DNA from: Eutreptiella sp. 'Long Island Sound 2002'
Lineage: Eukaryota > Protista > Euglenida
DNA length: 64,000 bases
NCBI GenBank assembly: GCA_964036045.1
Contig: OZ038378.1
Span: 15,004,001-15,068,000 of the forward strand
Direction of reading: 5' to 3'
A model generated the notes under the pieces. It did no database searches. It saw only the letters and a program-made list of their open reading frames with translations, and had not been told where the DNA came from. Position 1 is the stretch's first letter. The number at the start of each line of letters is the position of its first letter. Shown here in pieces: positions 36,081 through 49,600 of the stretch. The position numbers and the translations under genes were made by a program.

Positions 36081-36151
36081 CAGTGCAAAGAACACACTAA
36101 GCAACACAGTCGGGGTCCTAAACTATAGTTTATATCCATAAACTAAGGTTT
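36069..36151 (-). repeat. Split direct repeat A1 (83 bp), 5-prime end of the element
   Basis: Identical to A2 and ends in the GTTT core. Confidence 0.95.
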
Positions 36152-39100
36152 GTGCTCCCTATGACCCTCCCAACTGCTAACATCTGTACTGGGAGCCAAA
36201 GAGCCATTACAGGAGTCATATCCTGAGAGCATCTCATCATACCTGGGGTGTTCCATGTGATTCGTTACCCCACACGAATCCGAGGCAGTTTCCCCTCCCA
36301 ACTGAAACTCCGTAGCCTCAAGCTCTGTCAATCCCAACTCCTCCAACAGACCCATCACCGCTACCCATGCCCCCGCAGCGGCCAGGAATGCTGTTTGTTC
36401 AAAGGGGATCCCCACCCCTCTTTGAAGTTCCTTGCTAAAGGTAATAGTATTCAAATGTTCATTTTGTGTGTACTACCCGACGTTTCTTGGGTGGCCAAAG
36501 TGTGTTACCCCACTTAACCAGTGGTATGTAGTGCACCTGTTGAAGTTGCCGTACCACATGGCCTTGGGAGCAATCATTTGGGTACCTACCTTTCCAATAT
36601 TGTCCGCAAATAAAAGAGGCTCGGCTTGAGTGACGTCAAAGATTTTTCTCAAGCATCAAGTAGCTACCCCATTGGTTATGTTCCCGAAAGAGCTGCACAA
36701 CTTTTAAAATCCCCCCCGGTTCTTATGTAGCCCAACCGCCTGCCCACCTCTTGCAATTTTTCTGAGCCCTCCCTCTTCACCCCAAACCCAAAGGGGGGGC
36801 AACCAACCCTCCTATCCACAAAAGGAACGAGGGGCTGGCCTAGGAAGTTAGGGAATGGTGTACGCACATGGGCTCCATGCCTATGGCGTCTAACCTGCCC
36901 TATGTACAGCTTGGAATGGCCAAATCAGCCAATCTATCATTTTTTGGGTGGTCGGCTAAAGGGGGAGCACCTGACGCAGGGCGCATGTGGTGCGCTTGCG
37001 GCGTGCGGCGTGGAGATTTAGCCATGTCTCCCGACCAAGCAGCTGTATATTAACACGTGGCTAAGCCGGAAGAGCTAGAATTTCCCTCCGCTATTTGGAC
37101 ATGGGTGGAAAAAATTGACAATCTAGCAAGGAGACCCCAAACTAGGGTGGTGGTTGCTCCCAAGGGGCCATCTTATGTACTTTCACCTTGGGAAGCGCTG
37201 GATAGGGCAAGACGGAGGGATGTTTACACAGGTTTTGTACCTAAATGCAACCCATTCCGGGTGAACGCACAGTAAAATTAGCACCCCTCACACACACACC
37301 ACAGTGCATCAATGGGCGCCACTGGTGAGCTCATAAGCGGACACAAAGGGCACCCCTTGCACCATTTTGTCTCCTTCCGCAATGTACATCCTGCTCTTAC
37401 TACAACACCAAACTGATTTGGGAAGTTTTTGACCAAGCGCCACTTTGGCACGAATCAACACACCAAGCATGCCCGCTCTCTCTTGAAGATGCAGAGGACA
37501 CTCTACCTCAATAGCAATCCAGCTTTTAGCAAGATCTAGGGAAGCTGCAGCACACCTTTGGTTTGTTTGCATAACGGGGCTTCAAATGGTCAGGTTGCCT
37601 TGTCCGCATTAGGCTCTGGCTACGCCTGCCCCATAGCTGTCATCGCCCTCTGTCCACCGTGTCAGCGTCCCACGCTTCTCGAGGCGCCTTTGGATTGTGC
37701 ATCCCTGCCCTTACTCCACGCTGTTCTCTGGCCCTATGGACCCTATGGGGTTATGCGTACATCCTGGTCTATGGTCATTCCCTCCCACAGGTGCTGTAGC
37801 TGGCCCCATTCGGCCCCTCGTCGTTGTGCAAAGCTTGGGCCATAGGTTGAAGAACCCAGTGGGTACAGGTCTGGTTAAGGTGAATGATCAGGGGACATAC
37901 AACATAGAGCAAGGGGGGGCGTTGGGGGTGGAGTTGGTGCGCTCGTGCCGCTTGTTGGGAGGAGTTTCCAGGCGATTACGGGAACCGGCGGGGCACCTCC
38001 ATTGCCATCAGCTTCAGGTCACGGCGTGAGACAGCATGAACCTTTGGTGCTGCATATAATGGTGGAGGTTGTCGCTGTGTCAGACCCCTCTAAGCGTACT
38101 GAACACACGCTCCGTGCGTCTGATTCCTCCCCTTCCATTAGGACTAGATTCAATGACTCAAGTAATCGCATTAATCCCCTATGCGACATTGGGTGGTCGT
38201 TCTTGGGGGGTGAGGAATGTGTGGTGCGTCGGGCCAACGTAATGGGGGGTCATCGTTGCTGCCGTCTCCCTGGGGTTTGGCACACATGTACCCTTTGTGA
38301 ACCGTCCTTTTGAATCTAGGTCGTATTTGACCTATTTTTGACTCATTCTTTACATTGTGCCTTGCTACCGTGCCCGTTTGCCGTGCTCTCTTCTCCTAAA
38401 ATTCAACAAAACTAAGGACTTCGAAAATGCACTTTGGTACCGTGTTGAAATACACACACTGACTGACAAAAAATTACATTCACACTCCCATTCACACGCA
38501 CATTCACAGGTCATTCATAGGATTTAGAAAAAGGCGAATTTAATACGAATTTGGGAAGAATTTGGCACGAATTTAGCATCAATCGCGTTAACTCGCCGGA
38601 GTTCGGTGAGCGGCCAAAGGTGCAATTGTAGGCGAGGGTTGCGGAGCAGCATGCACAAACACAGCATGCGGCGGAACTCTTTGCGGTAGTGCGGTTGTTT
38701 CGGTCGTGGGGAAGGGCAAAACTACTTGTGTGGCTGAAATATGTGTTGAGGAGCGGGGAGTAAATGCCGCATGGGCAGCAGTAACAATGGACTACAACAC
38801 GTGGCCCACCATCGAATGTATCGCTGTGCGAGGAACTAGTAGAATTGTTACAATAACTTAGCTGAGAAACATTGCTTATAAAGGGGAGTGAGGGGGCATG
38901 CGTGCCAGAGTTTATGCAAGTGGAAGAGCTTGTGTTGGAAGGCATGTGTTTGAACCAGGTCGGGGTTGCGGCGCATGTTGCGGCCCCAGAAGGAGCGGCA
39001 CCTTGCTGCAACTAAGGCAGAAGGTGAGGCAAGTTAATACTTGGGTGGTGGGGTGATGATCAACCCAGACATGGGAACAAATCCCGAGGCCTAGTCGGAC

Positions 39101-41449
39101 AACTTGTTCATGGCCTTGGCTACATGGGCCCAGCCGCCGCTACATAGGCCCTCACAGGTGCTAGAGTACCCGTATTGTCACCAAATGATGACCCAAACCC
39201 ATTTGCGAGCCAACACAAGGTTTTTGCAAAAAAAAATCAGATTTTCAAATTTTTTCAGGTGCCACTAAGCAGCCTACAAACAACACTATTGGGCATTTGG
39301 CAGCCCATGGCCCCGGCTACATGGGCCCACTTGCTGCTTCGTGCGTCCCCGTGCACCAAATGATGACCCAAAACTATCCTATAGCCGACCAAAGGTTTTG
39401 AAAAAAGTCAAATTCCATGGCCTTCCGCAAGTCCACGTCGTAGAGAATTGCTCTGAGCAATGCACCACCAAGTAGCTGTAGAGTTGTGCATGTCTATCTA
39501 CGCATATGGGCTAATACCCCACCCCCCTTGTGTGCACGAACCAGCAATGTTTTGCCATGTGACTATCGGGTGGTTCTTGGACAGTGCTTTCAAGCCAAAG
39601 AGTGCCGCGCAACCAAGGGTAGTTCTTGCACCTCCACCTCCCCTACCCCTGCGGGGGGATACAAATGTGAATGCGAACCTGTACTCTGCAAGGCACAAGG
39701 CCACAAAGCAAGAAAGTCAGAACAAAAAGCTCTTTAGTGACATTGCCATAAGCGCCTTTCGCTTTGACAACGAATGTGCCCAAAAGGTTACGGTATGGTG
39801 GACTCAATCAGGTGTCTGCACAGAAACTAACCTACACGATGCCGGATACATCCACTGAGTAATTTGTTCACAGTTGACTTACCCCCCCCCCTCTCCAGTA
39901 GTAGACCCCGTAGTCCACCACCGCTGGACTGGTGTGTTGCTCGGATAACCAATGCAGAGCCGTCGCACCAGCGCATCAGTCGGTGCACCACGCACCACAA
40001 GCACCCAAATGACACAGCTGGTAGGATGCATACATGCCGTCACTCCACACGGCATGTCGACGAAGCCTTTCCCAAAGTTCACCAGCAGAATATTCTGGAG
40101 ATTCCATCCACAGTGTTTATCTGCCTGCTGGACATGTCTGTGCTGATTTGAACATGCATGTAGTTGTACCAGGTGCTTACAGCTTCCCCTGACACCCTTG
40201 TAGATTGGCCTGGGGACTGAACGGTATGGAAGTCTCTCCAATGGCCTTGGTCAACTTTGTCTGGGACGAGTCATGCCTAAAACGCTGATGTTGGACTTAG
40301 GGGTTGTACTGAATCCTCGGGTGACGTTACTTGGGCGGAGCCAAAAGCAGAAGTAGACAACTTCTGCATGCCGGAACGTACACCAGGCCGCACTCATCAG
40401 ACACGTTGAATGCGGCCACTTCGGTGGCAATCCGGTGAAACACGTTGGAGGCTTGTGACAACCTGCGGGTTTGGACCCACTGTCCTGAAACTCCCGCTCT
40501 TGCACTTCCGGTTGTTAACACAAAGGCCAGCTGGTCGCCTCCCAGTCGCCCTCGCTATACACCCCTGCTACCAGGATCGAATTTCGGATTCAACGAAACT
40601 GCTCGCCATGAGCAAATGCGAGAGTTTCGAAAAATCCTAACAACATTATGTCGAGGGTTCGAACCCGAAGGGCTGACATGGTGGTTGACTCTGCATGTCA
40701 GCGCATGGGAGTTGGCACATGGGCCCCATGATGAAACGCACCCCCAAACACTCAACCACAAGGTGCTGACAAACACCTGAGATTCTTCCCTTCCACCATC
40801 ACGTGAACCCTATCCCTGAACCGAAGTCACAGGGCCCACAGTTTGCACATGGCACTGCAACCTCGTACCCTGACACCAGTGGAAGGGTTGGTACAGCAAC
40901 ACATGCAACCAGCCCCCACTAGGGGGGGGGGGGGGGGACAACGATGGGTCACAGTAGTGGTTATAAAATCTGGGTGAAGGCTCTAGGTCAAGAACATTAT
41001 GTGGGTGCACAGGGTTTAATGTGACCAAGGGCTGGGGCCAACACTGTGCCTTGGAAACCGGGATTCATCCAACTGTCTTAAACGAAAAAACACTGCTAAT
41101 GAGGTGGGCTGCCACTTTGCCAAATTGTATAACAAGAAGTGTGAAATAGCTATGGTAAAACGCCAACCCTGTGTGCTGGGTCATGGTCCCTTGTGTTGTG
41201 TAGTGTGTTGGTTGATCACACAGTCCAATCAGGTATCACTATTGACACTTGGGCAACAGTGCACTCTTGCTGTTGCCTGGAAGGTGTGTGTCCCTTCATG
41301 TGGGCGGTCGAAATACCAGTGGCATGCTGCATCAACCCAAATGGATCGGGGACCATTTTCTGAACTTGTGTGTTGTCAGCTCGTGCGTAAACAACAGTCT
41401 TGTCACACAACACCAGGTGTCTTGACCGCAACTTTTGGTGCATCTGCTG

Positions 41450-41720
41450 TTGCTTGAAACAGAGGGCCGCAGGTTCTATTCAAACACCCACAGCGTTACC
41501 ATCCCATACCATTGTAGGAGCATATTTTGCTGCTGTCATGCTGGAGGCAGTGCTTGCAAAAGAGGGTGAGGTATATCTTGTTTACGGACAGCCTCGCTGC
41601 AGGACGTGTCACTGGTCAGCCGATCAGTGAACCACGAGCAATTCCTGGCAAACTGCTGTGGGTCACCTCACACTGGCGGTGGCTGACCCCCAACTGCTAT
41701 TGGTTACTGTTCGTCGATTG
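41450..41720 (+). pseudogene. Decayed retroelement RNase H fragment
   Basis: ILFTDSLAA ... LLWVTSH resembles the RNase H IxTDS and WVPSH motifs. Confidence 0.35.
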
Positions 41721-42266
41721 GTATCAATCTCGCAGGTTGCGCGGGTCTGATGTGGTGGCAAGCCAAACAAATCCCATTCCCCATCACCAAATTATGCCAA
41801 ACCAAATACATCCATTTCTGTTCTAACCAAAAGGTACACAAAGCCCATGGTCCGAAAAGGAGCGGAAACAGCATGGTTTGGGCACTGCGCTGTTTGCGCA
41901 AGGGGGGCATGCAGCACAGTCCCTGACCAAAGTTTGCTGGCCTGCCAATGGGCGTTGCTTGCTTACGTGGTAGCTTAATTTAAGGGGACATTGGTAGAGT
42001 GACGTATATCCTCCACTCTACAAACCCCCTCCCTGACTGTAGCAGCCTCCTCAATGCGCCTCTAGTGCATGCTATAGTTGCAGAAGGGATGGGCCAAAAC
42101 GGGTCAAACTGGTTGGAAATATTCGCTAGTTGGCTCTACAAGCCAGGTCAACTCACGACCCTCATCATTATCCCTTGTGTGGGTCAGTTGGCTGGGACTC
42201 ATTTCCTATCCCCTCCGCCTTTGCTCCTGTTGCTAAGGAACGGCCTACACAGGGGATCCATCCCAT

Positions 42267-42701
42267 TTAAGCATCGTCTTGTTCGCACAATTGAATGTAT
42301 GTCTTGACCTTCCGCAATTTATAGAGGACGTCCTGCTCCGTCAGCATGGGCACACCGCACGCATTCATCATAGTCACAAAATTGTTGAACTCACTCTCCG
42401 AGAACACGCTGTTCGAAATATGGTCAATTTTGCAGGTGCTGATCTGGTCCCCGTATTGCAGGGTCATGTGCTTGTCAGTCTTGCCGTAGTCCCCCAGAGT
42501 GTACTTAGAGTCGTAGGTGATCCCGACGACTTCGCTGAGGCGGTACACTTTGTCTTTCGTCTTCTTGTCCACTAGCACCCGCACGAAGCACCCTTTCACA
42601 ATCTCCTCTACTTCCGGGTCATCTATAAACATTTCCATCGCCTTCCGTGTGAGCTGGAGGCGTCGAATGTGCTCGACCTGAACTGGGGTTGTTGGTGCCA
42701 T
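42267..42701 (-). CDS. Stand-alone Plus3-domain protein (Rtf1-like), 144 aa
   Basis: IRRLQLTRKAME ... IVKGCFVRV ... YRLSEVVGI ... ISNSVFSESEF is the Plus3 signature; ATG to TAA, uninterrupted. Confidence 0.85.
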   Translation of the reverse strand: MAPTTPVQVEHIRRLQLTRKAMEMFIDDPEVEEIVKGCFVRVLVDKKTKDKVYRLSEVVGITYDSKYTLGDYGKTDKHMTLQYGDQISTCKIDHISNSVFSESEFNNFVTMMNACGVPMLTEQDVLYKLRKVKTYIQLCEQDDA

Positions 42702-43218
42702 TTCAGCATAACATAAACACAAAGAAAGCTAAATGGAAATGGATTTTCATGGATTGAGACTATCCCTTTACAAGACAGTCCAGGACCTTAATAGCAGCTG
42801 CCCTCATACATACTGCAGTCCAGAACCTTAGAAACCGCCTGCCCTCATAAGTAATACAGAACACACAGCCATACACAGCCAGTGGCAGCAACACACAGCC
42901 ATTTGCAGCCACACACAGCCACACGCAGCACTACCACGGGGAATTCAGGTATCACATTTGCCATATCTATGAGGGACATTTGGTTTGTGCCAATGCGGTG
43001 GGTTTTGGCAGTTTTCCTGGGTTTTTGAACTTTTGGTCCCATGCGCCAAAACTTCGTTCCCTGGGGGGGGGGGGGGGGATGTATACTTTTTGAAATCTGT
43101 GAGAAAAGGCCGTTTCAGAAATGTATCGGTTATGGGGGGGGTAGGTGTTCACATTTTTGAGCAAACAGCTGAAAACTCAACGATACACGGGACGGAGCAC
43201 TGCACAGGGGACCGCTGA

Positions 43219-43293
43219 TTATTCCGAATCCGAATCGTCACCATTGTTGTCCCTCTCCACAAGGGCTGGGACCCGATTGGGGCACACATTGCC
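43219..43293 (-). CDS. Possible terminal exon (GNVCPNRVPALVERDNNGDDSDSE*)
   Basis: A pyrimidine-rich tract and CAG acceptor are followed by 25 in-phase codons ending in TAA. Confidence 0.3.
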   Translation of the reverse strand, partial: GNVCPNRVPALVERDNNGDDSDSE

Positions 43294-43589
43294 CTGCTTG
43301 TGAATGTGCTTGTGAAAGACAGAAAAACTGCCTAAGTAGGGAGGTGCAGACAAAAGTTGAGACGGGGCTCAACTAGTGAACAACACATTTCTTCAATTTT
43401 TCCCAATGCTGCAGCCTGCGCACCCTGTGTTGAGAGGCATGGCTCACAGGCCATCGGCCGTCAGTTGTCAGGTCCACATTTCGCTGTTTCGTCAGCTACA
43501 CCTGCTGCGAACCGGCTATACGGGGCTTTTTTGCCCGGCTGCCAGGCCGGTGCCGAGTCACCTTCACCCACTCTGCATCCCCAGAGCAA

Positions 43590-45140
43590 GCCCTTTTGGT
43601 TTTATTGTGTCGAGGTTTTACAACCCTACTTGAGGTCCAAGGATGAGCAATACATTTTAGCAGCAGCAAGCAGCAGCAGCAAGCAGCAGCAGCAGCAGCA
43701 GCAACAGCAGTAGCAAGCAACAAGCGGGCGCTTAAAAAGTCTTTTTTGCGTAGTCCGTGGCTCAAAACTTGGACCCAAGTAGCTCAAAACGACCGCAAAG
43801 CAAATGCGCATCACCACAAACAAGTTTCGTGCAATTTCGAGCCGTCTCGCCTGTTCTATGGCCGATTTAGTGTCCAAAAAATGGCCGTTTTCAGCCTGGT
43901 TTCAGGCAGTTTTCAGAACGATCGTCCTGAAAGTTCAGGACGATCATCGCCGCGCCAAGCTAGTGTCTCAAATGTAGCAATGCCATCTACCACCCAGCTC
44001 GGTCCTAGTAGAAGTCTTGATTACCCAGCTAGGTCTCCAAGTAGAGGTTTTACAACCCATTTTAGGGTCCAAGGTGAGTGGGGTATTGTAGCAGTAGTAG
44101 TAGCAAGCAGCAAGTAGCAAACAGCAAGCATTGGACAATCCAAAATTGCTTGTGTGGACACCGTGGCTCGAAAATTTCCCATTTTTATGGCCCTTTTAGT
44201 GTCCAAAAATGGCCATCCTTCGCCAATCCTTCGACGATCACCAGTGTGTGATGCAGGTGTCTCCAATGAGGGCCGTTCTTCTTCCACAATGATTGGGCTA
44301 TCAACCGATTGCCCATGGATGTTCAATGAGGCATCTCTCATGCCGTGGTCCCATGCTGTCGTCCGTTTTAAGGTGAAAATGAGCTGTTTTTCAGCTTGCT
44401 GCCAACACAATTGTCTTGAAAGTTCAGCACAATCACCAATGGGTCATGTAGCCGTCTCCAATGAGGACTATTCTTCTTGCACAGAGATTGGGCTATCAAA
44501 TGATTGCAAATGGGTCCGTGAGATGTGGCATTGCATATTTCTAGGGGACGTCGCTGATGGTGCCAACTCGGTGCGTTTTTAGGGGTGGTGGGGCTATGTG
44601 GGGTACATTTGGAAAGCCCTTGAAAAGGGCTATTTGGAACACCCTGGGTTTGCATGTTGTTTTTTTTTCCCCGACACTGGTGAGTTCGCCCATCAAGGCA
44701 GACAGTGTACTTAGGCAGCAATGGCCTAGAGGTACACCTTGGGTTTGCATGTTGTACTGACGACATGTTTCGACATGTTGTATTCGTTTTGGGCGAGGCC
44801 TGTGTTGCTTGTTGTACCTCTTTTTGTCGACACCTCTTTTTGTCGACAGGCAGCTACCATGTCCGCATACAAATTCACTCCATGGGTTGTTGCTTCCCCC
44901 AATGCACCTAGGACCGAGCTAGGTCCTAGTCTTGTTCATTGCATCCAAATTGCCGTGGAAGAATTGCAGATGCCTATAGACCTTTGGAGATGCCTATAGA
45001 CCATTAGGACAAGCATCCCGAAAAACACCTCAAAAATGGACCAGGGAGATACCTCATTGAACACGCATTTGCAATCATTTGATAGCCTAATTGCTGTGGA
45101 CGAAGAATGGCCCTCATTGGAGACACCGGCTTGAAACACG
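43590..45140. repeat. Dispersed composite repeat family, cluster 3, with a (GCA)n tract at 43659-43712
   Basis: Same modules as 8690-10300 and 14040-15850. Confidence 0.85.
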
Positions 45141-45399
45141 GGTGATTGTCCTAAACTTTGAGTGTACCCTTTGCGAACGGCCGGTAAGGGAACTTTTGAA
45201 TGGAGCGAAAATCACGCGAATATGGGTGCACAAATGTACGGTTTTGGCCAGAAAAGACTTGTTTCATAGAGTTGGGATGGTAGCAATATTTTTAAAAATT
45301 CTAAAAAAATTAAAATCTAGGTGCCTAGAAAAAGAAATGGCCCTTTTTTGAGACACTATGGTGCGACGGTGTCCCCCAAAATGCCCTATTCCTACCGTG

Positions 45400-46600
45400 G
45401 GCGTTCCCTGTGTCTGCGGCGCCATTGCAAAAGCCAATATTCACTAAATTCGCGCGAAAATCGATTTTCACATTGATTTTCGCACATGCGCGCACCTCCA
45501 CGGCGTAGCGTGCGCCAACTCAAGTACCCAGAGCCACCACAAGCCATGGTCGCATGTCCGCATGTCCCAGGCCCGCCGCTTGTAGACTCTGAAACACTGT
45601 GAGAGGACATGTACACAGTTGAGGTCACTAAGGGGGAATCTTTGCACTGCGCACGCACTGCGCGCTACTTTTAGACTATGTTCCCCCCGAAGAGCCCCCA
45701 GGCACACACACCTGGGAAATGCCCTTAGAATTAGGTGACCCAAACTGCCCTAGCTCAAGAAAGTTGCAAACTACCTTCCCTTCACATAACACACATCATG
45801 CACAACAGGAAAAGCCATGAACGGCGCATTGGTTGCCACCCTCAACAACACACAACTGTCATTCTGTTCCATTGTCGTTTCTCTCTTGAAAATCGTCTCG
45901 TTTTCCCAAAACTCAACAACCTCTCGCAGGATCTTTAGGCGGGGCACCAATTCGAAACCAATTCCACGATCCAAAGATAAACCCTGTTCAAAAGACATCG
46001 AAGTATCTTACATAACTCGATTGAACAGTTCCTTCACATGACGATGTTTCATATTAACATCTGCAGACTTGCGCGTGCTCGATGCGAGATCGCGGAAGAT
46101 CAAGGAAGGTTGGGGCCCAAAAGAGGGCGGAAATGCTATGTCACCTTGGCATTCTCGGGGATCCCCAAACAAAGGGGGACAAAATCAGAAGTCAAAACCT
46201 CCGCTAGGGGTCACCATGATGCCCCTAGGGGCCCCTAGTATCTCAAAGTATGGGTCTCTAGTACGGCTAGGCGCCCAAATAGTTGCACTGCGCGCGCACA
46301 CTGCGCTTAAGGCTCCCCCTAAGTGCCCTCTTGGGGGCACGCCCCGCCAACTGCCGCACTGTCACGGGCCCTTGTCCACGCATGGACCTCTTGGTGACAT
46401 CCCACCCCTCTCGACGGAGGCTGTCATCTATGGTGTAATTGTCAACCACGACTTGCACACCTAAGCGGCCACGCAAAAGGCTTAGGCCCCCGCTATTGCG
46501 CAGCATGCGCTTTAGCGTACGGTGGCTGCCTTTCATTGCTAGGACGATTGTCCCCAAAACTGCGGGCCGAAAAGGCTTTTTAATCACTTGTAGTTGCTAT
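45400..46600. mobile_element. Sister copy of the DDE_Tnp_4 element at 50957-52210 with different internal content
   Basis: 45628-45876 matches 50957-51194 and 46214-46270 matches 52129-52185, in the same order and orientation. Confidence 0.55.
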
Positions 46601-49600
46601 TGCGGCTTGCTGCGTCTAAAATGAGCTTCTCAACCTAGAGCCTAAGAAGGTTGGTAAACCATCCACTGGGAAACTTGGAATCCTACTCAGTGATCAAGAC
46701 TTACAACTAGGACCGAGCTAGGTCCTAGTTTTGCCCATTGCATGGGACATCGCAGTGGAAAAATAATGGCCCCCAATGCAAACGCCCGCATGATACACTG
46801 GCAACCACCATCCAATCCAAACACCCTTGCACCATCTTACTTGCGCCCGTCATGATCCCCAACCAAAGTCTTTGATCGCATGCGCTATGGCATGCAGTGA
46901 GTGACTCACGGTTGGAACCATCCATTGCTTTGACATTATGCACACGCAGCCGTACCTGCAACTCTCAAAGTTGTGCATGTATTTTTCTCTTTTCTTGGCA
47001 TTGTTGTGCCTCCTCTTGTTTGGTGGAGAGTTCGGCTTTCAACACCCTGCAAAGCCGCTACCTCCTCCCCTCGTCTACTTCGCTGTGAAAAATGGTCATC
47101 AATATTTCATTAGCTTGCCTTGTAGTATCAACTTGCAACCATCGTTGCTCAAAATACTCCCATCCACCGGGGACCACATGTACAGGTGATTATGAACGAA
47201 CCACTCTGTATAGAGGCAATGCGCGGCCACTTGATGCGTGTGTTGCCAATGTGTTCCTACCTCTTTTAATACTTGTGTTGCTTGCTACCACCATTGAAAC
47301 ACCTTTGGGTTCCACTAGCCCCGGCCCCCGCGAAACTCTACCCATGTCTTGCGGTGCCTTCTCATCAATAACTCCACCGAAAAATGAAACTGAGGCACCC
47401 TGCACTGATGAGGCGCAAGAGCGCATACCGAACAAGAGACTTGTGTGGCTTGGATGTAGCACCTGTGCATATCCTCACTTGTGGGGGGACAACTACAATG
47501 GCGGCGGGCTTGTGATTGTTTGACCCACCGGAGGTCCGGATGTCCAAGTGGCCGGGGAAAGACTACTGACGATTTAGGCGCGATATGTAGGGGAGGGGTA
47601 TGCCCCCACTGAAGTGACACACCTAGACGGAGAGGAATCGAGGTGGCCGTGGCTCTTGCTACAGCACTTTTGCACTTGCTGACATTTTGAACCTAACACT
47701 ATGCTCAACGTGGGACATGCAGGACCAATTGACTGATTGGGAAACCGGTACCCGTGGCACACCTCGTCTGCACTAACATGACAACCAACACGTGCCGCCA
47801 CTTGTTCCCAAAGACGTCCACCTTTGGACATGCATGACCTGCATGAAGTCTGTGGCTATGGTTTCAGTGGTTGTGCATATGCTAGGCAATTGCCTAAGCG
47901 CGTCTTCTTTGTTCACAGCTCGTCTGCGAACTCTGAACTCATGTGGTGCCGGAACACAAAAAAAACCAAAGCTGAGGCACAACTGGGTTTAGCGGTGGTT
48001 GTCCAAACTGCACCAAAATTGCTTTGTGGTCCGAACACACATCCAGCATTGTATACACCCCTTGCGCAACAGTGCAGACACATGCACCCTATCCAACCGT
48101 ATAGGCCACCACTTGACCCCTTGCTTTTTAATCCACCCAAAAGTATACCCCTACGGTCTATCATCTCCCTCTCCATGAATCAAATCCCACACACCATGCA
48201 TCCCCCAACGCTCTAGCACGTTCACTTCTTGTAGTCTAGCTTGGTCGATATGCTGCATCTTAATTTTACTTTCTTGCAACCCTTCATTGTCGAGAAGTTT
48301 CATGTGATTCACACACCGTGGCTCAAAACCGGCATCCAAGTAGCTCAAAACTACTGCAGAGCAAATGCGCATCAACCCCATGTGATAAAAGCATATGTAA
48401 GCCACACATAGAGAATATAAGTATACCACTCACTTATACACACCACTGTAATTTCCACAAAAACAATAAAACACCAACCTCAAGAACGCGACACCGATAT
48501 ACATCAACTTACAACTCACTTACAGTTTACACCAACAACCACCGCCGCTTTATCCACGCAGTGAATCGCCCGACATGTTTGGCGTTGGGGCTAGCAAGCT
48601 TAGCTTTCCAAAATTGCTCACCAGTGCTGAGAAGCTCCATCTCACGTTCCAACTCAAGACATGGTTGTGGCACACACAGTCATGGGAGGAAACTGATGTT
48701 GGCAGTGGGCCCTTACATTTCCTTGTGCCGGGACGCCGGCCTCCGGTGGTGTGCGCTCGTTCACGGAGTGGTAGGCGTCATGGCGCCGGGCCACACTGCT
48801 GGCGGTGCTCGCTTGGACGAGGCTCCCTTGGAAAATGTGTGATTTCAAGCCGTCTGGCCTGCTTTATGGCTGATTTAGGGGGAATGTTTGCTTAGTGCAT
48901 GCCCGGCGCGATACCTTTGTATTAAGTATCTTATCTTTAGCCCCAAGTTTATCCTCACCTTGGGAAGTCCCCCAAGTAGACCGCACTAGACCGCAAACCT
49001 TCTCTGCAAGGCAGCTTGCATAAGCCGATAATTCGACAACACAAAATGTCACTCCCACCACTTCCAAACACCACCCTTGCCATCGTCATAAACTGGGTGC
49101 AAAGGATGGGCCAAATGTTTAGACACGGCGAGAAGGTACTCCAAATTGTTTGGTGAGGTGGGGGCAAAAACAGGCACGGGTGGGGAATGGTCAAAAAAAG
49201 ATGCCCGGCACGCGCCCGACGCACTATCGCTCCCCCTTAGTGTCCAAAAATGACGGTTTTTAGGACGAGCGTCGTGAGGGTTCAGGACAATTGCCGGGGT
49301 GTCAAGTAGGTGTCTCCAATGGGGTCGTTCCTCTTCCACGTTGAGGGGAGCACAAAATGATTGCAAATGGGTGTTCAATGAGGTGTCTCTTACGCCCTGG
49401 TGCCATGCAGTGGTGCATTTTGAGGTGAAAGCCGGTTTCCATCTTGTTTTAGGAAGAATCTTGTGGAAGTAAAGGACGGTCGCAAGTGTGTCATGTATGA
49501 GGGCCAATGAGGGCCATTGTTCTTCCAAAGCAATTTCATAGGGCCCAGCTCGGTCCGAATCGTAAGTCTTGATTTTTGGTGTCCAAAAGTGGCTATTTTT

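Larger units (their letters stand above)
31049..36151 (-). mobile_element. Full-length tyrosine-recombinase retrotransposon with split direct repeats (VIPER/TATE-like), 5103 bp
   Basis: Gene order gag, YR, RT/RNaseH; repeat order A1-ORFs-B1-A2-spacer-B2; boundaries fixed by the empty site at 23857-23861. Confidence 0.95.
26792..37761. repeat. Segmental duplication, copy 2, interrupted by the YR retrotransposon
   Basis: Host sequence stops at 31048 and resumes at 36152 exactly in register with 23860/23861. Confidence 0.95.

Noticed and set aside
39460-39858. Possible transposase or exon fragment (NLYSARHK)
   Set aside because: The resemblance is too weak to assign a family without a search.
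47200-48000. AP-endonuclease remnant (GDNYN resembles GDFN)
   Set aside because: A single degenerate motif with no supporting frame.
48530-48670. Possible exon (CLELEREMELLSTGEQFWKAKL)
   Set aside because: Protein-like, but no convincing splice boundaries or family match.
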